Shown: positions 15,665 through 21,360 of the stretch, piece after piece | How positions within the stretch are numbered: position 1 is the stretch's first letter | How the letters are laid out: each line of letters opens with the position of its first letter | DNA from: Spirochaetales bacterium | GTDB taxonomy: Bacteria; Spirochaetota; Spirochaetia; JABEVK01 | DNA length: 21,360 bases | Direction: 5' to 3' | Assembly (NCBI GenBank): GCA_037142615.1 | Contig: JBAXAI010000053.1 | Coordinates: 1-21,360 of the forward strand | Translations under genes and position numbers: made by a program | Notes under the pieces: generated by a model | What the model saw: only the letters and a program-made list of their open reading frames with translations | Databases searched by the model: none | Told to the model about the DNA's origin: nothing

Positions 15665-16851
15665 GGGCTGCCAGCTTGAGGGCCGCCGCGCTGCTGTGCG
15701 CACTCGTTCTGGCAGTGGGACTAGGGGCGCAGGACGCCAGCGAGCCCGTTGCCGAGACTTCCACTGTTGCCGAATCCTCGACCGACGCCCTGTTCGACGA
15801 CCCGGCGGTCGACGTGGTGGCGCCCGAGGGCCCCAAGGTTGACCTGAGCCCGCTGTTCTCGGTTCCCAAGCCGACGTTTGGCGGCAGCATCACCAGCACC
15901 TTTGGCGGCTACGTCGGCTGGCACGACCGGCTTCACCCCACCAGGCCGCTGTACAATTTGGGGTACGGGTTCGGCTACGAGTTTTCGAGCGGTCTGAGCC
16001 TCGACTACCGACCCGACCCGACGTTTCACTGGGCCGCTTCGCTGGGCTCCTCGATTCCGGCTGGCGGACTCAGCTGGAGCACCCCCTCGATCGGCTCGAT
16101 GTACGTCGACTACACCCTGCTTGACACCGTCTTCTTGACGTTTGGCCGCTTTGGGGCTTCGTGGGGAATCGGTAGGTTGTTTGGCGTCAACGATTTGCTG
16201 AGTCCCCTGGGTGGCTCGATGGCGGTGAAGGCCTTTGCCCCGGTGGGTCCTTTGGCGGTCACCACCGTGGCCATGCTCGCGCCCGGAGCCGCAACGCTCG
16301 ACGCTGTGTCGTGGGCCGGTCAGGTCGAGACCAGCTGGCAGTCGCTCAACTTCGCGCTCGGTTCGCTCTACGTTCCCAAGGCCGACCTCAAGTTCGACGC
16401 CTCGGTCAAGACGGTGCTGTGGGGTGCCGATGTGTTCACCGAGGCAAAAGTCGTCGTTCCTCAAGCGGGAATCACGGGCATGGTGCCGTTGCAGGCTTTG
16501 GCGGGGTTCTATTGGGAAGGTGGCGACCCGAAGTTCCACATTCAGGGTGAGTGGACCGCCAGCGCGCTCGACCTGACGTGGGCCGACCAGTCGGTGGCTG
16601 TCGGCTTTGGCTGGAGCAGCATTCCGGGCACCAACTGGAAGCCGCAGGCCAAAGTGACCTACGCTCTTATTGACAACTCTTTCCAAATGATTTTCGGGCT
16701 CGAAACCGACGTGCTGCCCCACGTGCACCTGACTTTGGGGGCCCCGATCAGTTGGGGCGACCCCACCTCGCGCTGGGTTATGGCGACCACGTCCGAATAC
16801 CATGAGGCTTGGGCCCTAGCGGCCAAAATCGACCTTTCCGGAGGCTTTTGA
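15661..16851 (+). CDS. Secreted hypothetical protein, probable outer-membrane beta-barrel
   Basis: Signal peptide, acidic linker, alternating amphipathic aromatic-rich strands, C-terminal Phe. Confidence 0.6.
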   Translation: MRAASLRAAALLCALVLAVGLGAQDASEPVAETSTVAESSTDALFDDPAVDVVAPEGPKVDLSPLFSVPKPTFGGSITSTFGGYVGWHDRLHPTRPLYNLGYGFGYEFSSGLSLDYRPDPTFHWAASLGSSIPAGGLSWSTPSIGSMYVDYTLLDTVFLTFGRFGASWGIGRLFGVNDLLSPLGGSMAVKAFAPVGPLAVTTVAMLAPGAATLDAVSWAGQVETSWQSLNFALGSLYVPKADLKFDASVKTVLWGADVFTEAKVVVPQAGITGMVPLQALAGFYWEGGDPKFHIQGEWTASALDLTWADQSVAVGFGWSSIPGTNWKPQAKVTYALIDNSFQMIFGLETDVLPHVHLTLGAPISWGDPTSRWVMATTSEYHEAWALAAKIDLSGGF

Positions 16852-17754
16852 ATGAGCGATCCCCGACCCGCCGAAACCGAAGACACCATCAGCCTGATTG
16901 ACCTGCTGGTCGTCTTGTTGCGCTTCCGCCGATGGATCGGAGCGATCACCGCGACAGGAGTGCTTCTGTCGTTCACCTACTTCTGGGTTCTTCCCAAGCT
17001 CGAGTTGGTGAAGCTGGGCCCTGACACCAGTTACACGACCCAGGTGACCGTGAGCATCGTGAACCCACCGGGGTTGCTGGGGGCGTACTTCGATACCAAT
17101 ACGGCCAACCTCACGGTGGCTTGGTTCCAAAACCTGTCGCTCGTCACGCCCGTGTACCGGGAGTTGGTCGTCGAGAACAACGACCAGTTTGCTTCGGTGG
17201 GCAGCTTGGAAAGCTTCCTTCAGGAAACCGTGCTCGGCAAAACCCTCAAGGTGTCATTTGATGGGTCCACCGTAACCACCAAAGTCACCATGGAAGACCT
17301 CGATCCGAATCGTGCCAAGGTTTTTTTGGCGGCGCTCTCCGAAAAGGTAAAGGCTCAGGTGACCGCTGTGTTGCAGAAGCGCATCCAAAATGCGCGGCAA
17401 GCCCTCGACGACTCGGTGGCCTCGCTCAACGTGAGCACGAGCGGCACCCAAGAGCGGATATTGGCCCTGTCGGACCTGCGACAAAAGCAGTTTCTGCTCG
17501 ACCAATTGGTCAAGGACAAGGACTTCCCTTTTCAGCAACAAGGCGACATCGTCGTGCTCGAACAGTTGCCTGGCAAGGGCCCGGGCAACAAGGGGCTCTC
17601 ACCCAACCTGATGATTGTTGCGATTTCGCTGGGCAGTCTGTTCGCCTCGATCTTCCTTACGTTTGTGCTCGAGTACTTTCGCCGTGTGCGGACCAACCTC
17701 GACGACATGCGCAAGATCCGAAATGTGCTGGATGAAAAGGCGCAAACCCGCTAA
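16852..17754 (+). CDS. Wzz/polysaccharide co-polymerase-like protein
   Basis: EDTISLIDLLVVLLRFRRWI N-terminus; two TMs flanking a coiled-coil periplasmic domain; Pro-rich segment before TM2. Confidence 0.75.
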   Translation: MSDPRPAETEDTISLIDLLVVLLRFRRWIGAITATGVLLSFTYFWVLPKLELVKLGPDTSYTTQVTVSIVNPPGLLGAYFDTNTANLTVAWFQNLSLVTPVYRELVVENNDQFASVGSLESFLQETVLGKTLKVSFDGSTVTTKVTMEDLDPNRAKVFLAALSEKVKAQVTAVLQKRIQNARQALDDSVASLNVSTSGTQERILALSDLRQKQFLLDQLVKDKDFPFQQQGDIVVLEQLPGKGPGNKGLSPNLMIVAISLGSLFASIFLTFVLEYFRRVRTNLDDMRKIRNVLDEKAQTR

Positions 17755-17765
17755 ACTGATCTTCT

Positions 17766-18848
17766 ATGACCAGCCCTTGGATTGTTGTTGGAGCTGCTGC
17801 TGCGGCCCTGGTCCTCAATAGCCTTCTGACCCCCCTCATTCTTTCGGTGTCGCGTCGCCGTAACTGGGTCGATGAACCCAATCACCGGACGGTGCACAAG
17901 GATCCGGTACCGCGCTTGGGCGGCGTGGGGATGTTTGGCAGCATCGGCGTGGTGCTGCTCGGCTTGTACGTGGCTGACCTGCTGTGGCCGGGACTGGTTA
18001 CTGCCGGCACCTGGACGTGGTCGGCCTTGTTGCTGCTACTCGGGCTTGGCTCGACGCATGTGCTGGGTGTGCTCGACGACTTTGTCGAGCTGCGGGCTAT
18101 TTACAAGCTGCTGCTGCAATTGCTGGGCGCTTTACTGGCCATCGGCGCGGGGCTGAGTTTTGATCATCTCGCGGTACCGTTCACCGACTGGGTGCTGAAC
18201 CTGGGACCGTTTGCCCCCTTTGTCACCCTGCTGTGGGTGGTTGGCATTACCAACGCGGTCAACCTGATCGACGGCATGGACGGCTTGGCGGGCGGTTTCA
18301 GCCTGATCAGCCTGGCGAGTATCGGTGCCTACTACGCGCTATCGGGGCAGTTTCTGCCATCGGTTGTAGCGTTTGTGGCCGCTGGTGCCGTAATGGGCTT
18401 TCTCTTCTTCAACTTTCCCCCCGCCAAACTGTTTATGGGAGACTCGGGCAGCTTGACCTTGGGTTATCTGCTGGCTGTTTTGCCCTTGTGGGGTGGCACG
18501 CAGTCGTTGATGGGTCAGTACTGGCTATTGCCCATCGTGCTGGTTTTGGTGCCGATGTCGGACACTCTGGCCGCCATCCTGCGTCGGCTACGCGAAAACC
18601 GGCCCATATGGAGCCCGGACAAAGAGCACATGCACCACAAGATGCTGAACATGGGCGTGAAGACCAAGCAGGTGCTGGCCATCGTTTACGCGGCCACGCT
18701 GGTCACCGCCGCCCCCGTCGTTTTGGCCGGGGTGTTCCATTCCCCCCCCTTGGACCTGTGGATGTCGCTGGCAGCCGGGCTCGTCATCCTTGTTCTGTTC
18801 TCGATCTTGCACTATGCCCACCGCACCTTTGTGCGAAAAAAGGCCTGA
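17766..18848 (+). CDS. wecA: WecA/TagO-type undecaprenyl-phosphate HexNAc-1-phosphate transferase (GT4/MraY family)
   Basis: Motifs VPRLGG, GVLDD, NAVNLIDGMDGL, FNFPPAKLFMGDSGS, PDKEHMHH. Confidence 0.92.
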   Translation: MTSPWIVVGAAAAALVLNSLLTPLILSVSRRRNWVDEPNHRTVHKDPVPRLGGVGMFGSIGVVLLGLYVADLLWPGLVTAGTWTWSALLLLLGLGSTHVLGVLDDFVELRAIYKLLLQLLGALLAIGAGLSFDHLAVPFTDWVLNLGPFAPFVTLLWVVGITNAVNLIDGMDGLAGGFSLISLASIGAYYALSGQFLPSVVAFVAAGAVMGFLFFNFPPAKLFMGDSGSLTLGYLLAVLPLWGGTQSLMGQYWLLPIVLVLVPMSDTLAAILRRLRENRPIWSPDKEHMHHKMLNMGVKTKQVLAIVYAATLVTAAPVVLAGVFHSPPLDLWMSLAAGLVILVLFSILHYAHRTFVRKKA

Positions 18849-18850
18849 AC

Positions 18851-20545
18851 ATGGCCCTCGGTCGCGTCCGCACGGAGTTTCTCGCATGGGCCCTGCTTGC
18901 CGTCTTGCTCGTGGCGACGCCGCTCGGTGCGCAAAATGGCGAGAACCCTGTGCCCGTGGATTCGCCCGTGTATCGCTGGTTAGGGGCGCTGGAGACCCAG
19001 CACGGCGTTGTGGCGGCCTCACGATCGGCTCCGTATACCGCGCGGCAAGTCCTTGACCTCGTCGACCAACTGGGCGACGATGGCCCGCTCGCCGAGGCCA
19101 TTTGTGATGCCCTGACCGTGCAACCGACGTACACCGAACCCGGCCAGGCCTCGGGTTCCGGACTTGCCGTCAAAATCACCAACGAAATCAACCCGGAGTT
19201 GTATCTCGGGATCGGTCAAGAGACCCGCAAGTGGGACTACGGCTACAACCAGCGGCTGCCCTTTGTGCGCTTTGCCACCGAGGCATGGCTGTTTGACGGG
19301 CTGTACGGGGCCATCGACCTGCAGTTGCAAAAGGACCCGTTCGCGGTGATCGACGAGAATCAGCCAATTTCCAATGCCCCGTCGCAAGTGGCCGAGATCG
19401 ACTTTGAGTGGCCCTATTGGGCCGGTTTGGTCGTCGGCGGCCCGAACTGGGACGCCCGGTTCTTCCGCTCCAAAGCCAGCTATGCCGTTTCGCAGTGGAA
19501 CCTGATCCTGTCGCAAGACGCAGGTGAAGTCGATCAATTGAGTCTGAGCACGTGGTGGAACAACTTCAGTTACACGTTTCTCTGGATACCGCTCGACAAT
19601 ACATGGATATCCCCGGGTCAGACCTACGGGTACTTCAACACCGCCGAAAACGATAGCAGCAACGTGGTACCGTATGACCAGAGTAAGAACTTCGTCGTCC
19701 ATCGGGTGCAATTCCGACCCCTACCACAATGGTCGTTCGCGTTGACAGAAGTTCTCATGATGGAGTCGAGCGTGTTCGACCCCAGGTACTTCAACCCGCT
19801 GTTGCCCGGGCACAACTGGTTTGTGTTTGAAAATGCCAATTCCGACGTGTCGCTAGAGGTGGAAGCCTCGCCACTACCCGGGTGGTCCATTTGGGGCCAG
19901 TTCTATGGCGACTACATCAAGACGGCCTTCAAGGACGAGCTTTACCACGACCCAACTCCGGGAGCCATGGCGTATCTGGCGGGCACGAGGTCCGTTTTGG
20001 CTGTTGCCGACACCTTGGTGACGGTCGAGGCCGAGGGCGTGTACACCGACCCGTTTTTGTACCTGAACAACCATGCCAACATGCTCAAGACGACCCGCTA
20101 CCTGAGCAACTACGGCACCCCAGGCCGCCGCATGATCGACACGCCGCTCGGCTTCGAACTTGGACCCGATACCATCGCCGTTCGCTCCGTGATCCGACTC
20201 GAACAGCCCGGGACTTGGCGCGCCGAGGTTGGCTTTCCGTTCCAAGTGCGCGGCGAAAACACGATCCGGACCCTTCACCCGCTGCAGCAGTACGCGTGGA
20301 CTGTTCCCGCCAACGCGATCCTGAACCCTCTGTACGGCAACCCCGACATCTACCTTCCGTGGGTGACGCCAACTGGAACTCCCGAATGGAAACAGGGACT
20401 GATGTTGGCCGGTGAGGTGGGGCTCCCATGGAAGGGCACGATCGGCCTTCAGTCCACCCTCAGCCTGATTTGGAACAAGGACCACGTGGTCGCCCCTATG
20501 ACTTGGGACTGGCAGTCGATTCTCACCTGGACCAACAGCTTTTAG
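18851..20545 (+). CDS. Capsule-assembly Wzi-family outer-membrane protein
   Basis: Signal peptide from ATG 18851; motifs VHRVQFRP..FALTE, YFNPL, NANS, WGQFYGD, PLGFELGPD; C-terminal Phe. Confidence 0.65.
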   Translation: MALGRVRTEFLAWALLAVLLVATPLGAQNGENPVPVDSPVYRWLGALETQHGVVAASRSAPYTARQVLDLVDQLGDDGPLAEAICDALTVQPTYTEPGQASGSGLAVKITNEINPELYLGIGQETRKWDYGYNQRLPFVRFATEAWLFDGLYGAIDLQLQKDPFAVIDENQPISNAPSQVAEIDFEWPYWAGLVVGGPNWDARFFRSKASYAVSQWNLILSQDAGEVDQLSLSTWWNNFSYTFLWIPLDNTWISPGQTYGYFNTAENDSSNVVPYDQSKNFVVHRVQFRPLPQWSFALTEVLMMESSVFDPRYFNPLLPGHNWFVFENANSDVSLEVEASPLPGWSIWGQFYGDYIKTAFKDELYHDPTPGAMAYLAGTRSVLAVADTLVTVEAEGVYTDPFLYLNNHANMLKTTRYLSNYGTPGRRMIDTPLGFELGPDTIAVRSVIRLEQPGTWRAEVGFPFQVRGENTIRTLHPLQQYAWTVPANAILNPLYGNPDIYLPWVTPTGTPEWKQGLMLAGEVGLPWKGTIGLQSTLSLIWNKDHVVAPMTWDWQSILTWTNSF

Positions 20546-20561
20546 CCCCACGGAGAACCCC

Positions 20562-21332
20562 ATGATTTGGCTCGTCGGACAAGACGGCATGCTCGGCACG
20601 GAGCTTCGCCAACTTCTCACCGCCCAAGGTTTGGCCTGGGTGGGTAGCAGCCGCGACGTTGACGTGGGCGACGACACGGCTCTCGACGCGTTTGCCGCCG
20701 CGCTGCCGCAAACCCCCACCTGGATTGTCAACTGCTCTGCCTATACAGCGGTCGACAAGGCTGAAGACGAGATTGCGGCCTGCACTCGCGTCAACGTGAC
20801 CGGGGCCGAGAACTTGGCCCGACTTGCTCACCGACTCGGGGCGGCCATTCTGCACATAAGCACCGACTATGTGTTTGATGGCAAAGGACTTGTTGGCACC
20901 GATGCCCTGCTGCGACCCTACATCGAGACCGACCCTGTTGGTCCGCAGGGTGTGTACGGCCGTACCAAGGTTGACGGCGAGGCGCTCGTCCGCGAACTGT
21001 GCCCGCGGCACCTGACGCTTCGCACTGCATGGTTGTACGGCGCGGCGGGTCCCAACTTCGTGTTCACCATGCTTCGCCTGATGAAGGCCAAGGACCTGTT
21101 GGGCGTAGTAGCCGACCAGTTTGGTTCCCCCACATGGACGCGTGACTTGGCCACCGTGATGGCTGAATTGCTGTCCCGGCCTGTGCTGGCGGCCAACGAC
21201 CCGGCCTGGGGAACCTACCACGTCAGCGGCGAGGGCCAGTGCAGTTGGTTCGAGTTCGCGCAGGCTATTCTGGAACGCGGACGGGCCGAGGGGTTGCTGG
21301 ACCCAGCTAGCCCGATCTTCTCACGACGATAG
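20562..21332 (+). CDS. rmlD: dTDP-4-dehydrorhamnose reductase, C-terminally truncated (possible pseudogene)
   Basis: Motifs GQDGMLG, NCSAYTAVDKAE, HISTDYVFDG, YGRTK, RTAWLYG, DQFGSPT, SWFEFA. Lacks the usual final PA.RP.YS.L...W segment. Confidence 0.88.
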   Translation: MIWLVGQDGMLGTELRQLLTAQGLAWVGSSRDVDVGDDTALDAFAAALPQTPTWIVNCSAYTAVDKAEDEIAACTRVNVTGAENLARLAHRLGAAILHISTDYVFDGKGLVGTDALLRPYIETDPVGPQGVYGRTKVDGEALVRELCPRHLTLRTAWLYGAAGPNFVFTMLRLMKAKDLLGVVADQFGSPTWTRDLATVMAELLSRPVLAANDPAWGTYHVSGEGQCSWFEFAQAILERGRAEGLLDPASPIFSRR

Positions 21333-21360
21333 AAACGGGGTGCGAGCCGTCTGATATAAT

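Noticed and set aside
15721-16803. 360-aa minus-strand ORF (and similar ORFs at 13565-14332, 19019-19711, 19874-20731, 20523-21221)
   Set aside because: Antisense shadows of well-supported plus-strand genes.
18233-18850. N-terminal 206-aa extension of the 770-aa ORF
   Set aside because: It overlaps wecA in another frame and has low-complexity Arg/Gly/His composition. The real start is ATG 18851, which is followed by a signal peptide.

Overview
Accessory/defence island abutting a cell-envelope polysaccharide locus in a high-GC bacterium; the LolA-like sorting protein and Wzi-like OM protein suggest a spirochaete, which is an inference. Left to right: (1) an IS66 element (tnpA-tnpB-tnpC, minus strand) whose tnpC is cut by the left end of a second, related IS66; both tnpB and tnpC carry the same 21-bp in-frame hairpin insertion. 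(2) Gene remnants, including a 3' piece of rmlB. (3) A complete three-gene CBASS operon (CD-NTase, E2-like/SEC-C protein, HNH-SAVED Cap5-type effector). It is transcribed divergently from an Xre-HTH/IrrE-type metallopeptidase carrying an antitoxin-like C-terminal tail, which is coupled to a MazF/PemK toxin; the intergenic region is structured and may encode an antisense sRNA. (4) A run of decayed TA modules in which darT, a DUF86 HEPN gene and vapC are all internally deleted. (5) Two convergent AAA_14/DUF4143 ATPases. (6) A tightly coupled 12-gene run of about 10.6 kb: antitoxin-PIN toxin, two FtsX-like permeases, MNT-HEPN, LolA-like sorting protein, probable OM barrel, Wzz-like, WecA-like, Wzi-like and a C-terminally truncated rmlD. 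No rRNA, tRNA or CRISPR array was seen. All family calls come from motif recognition by eye, not from database searches.
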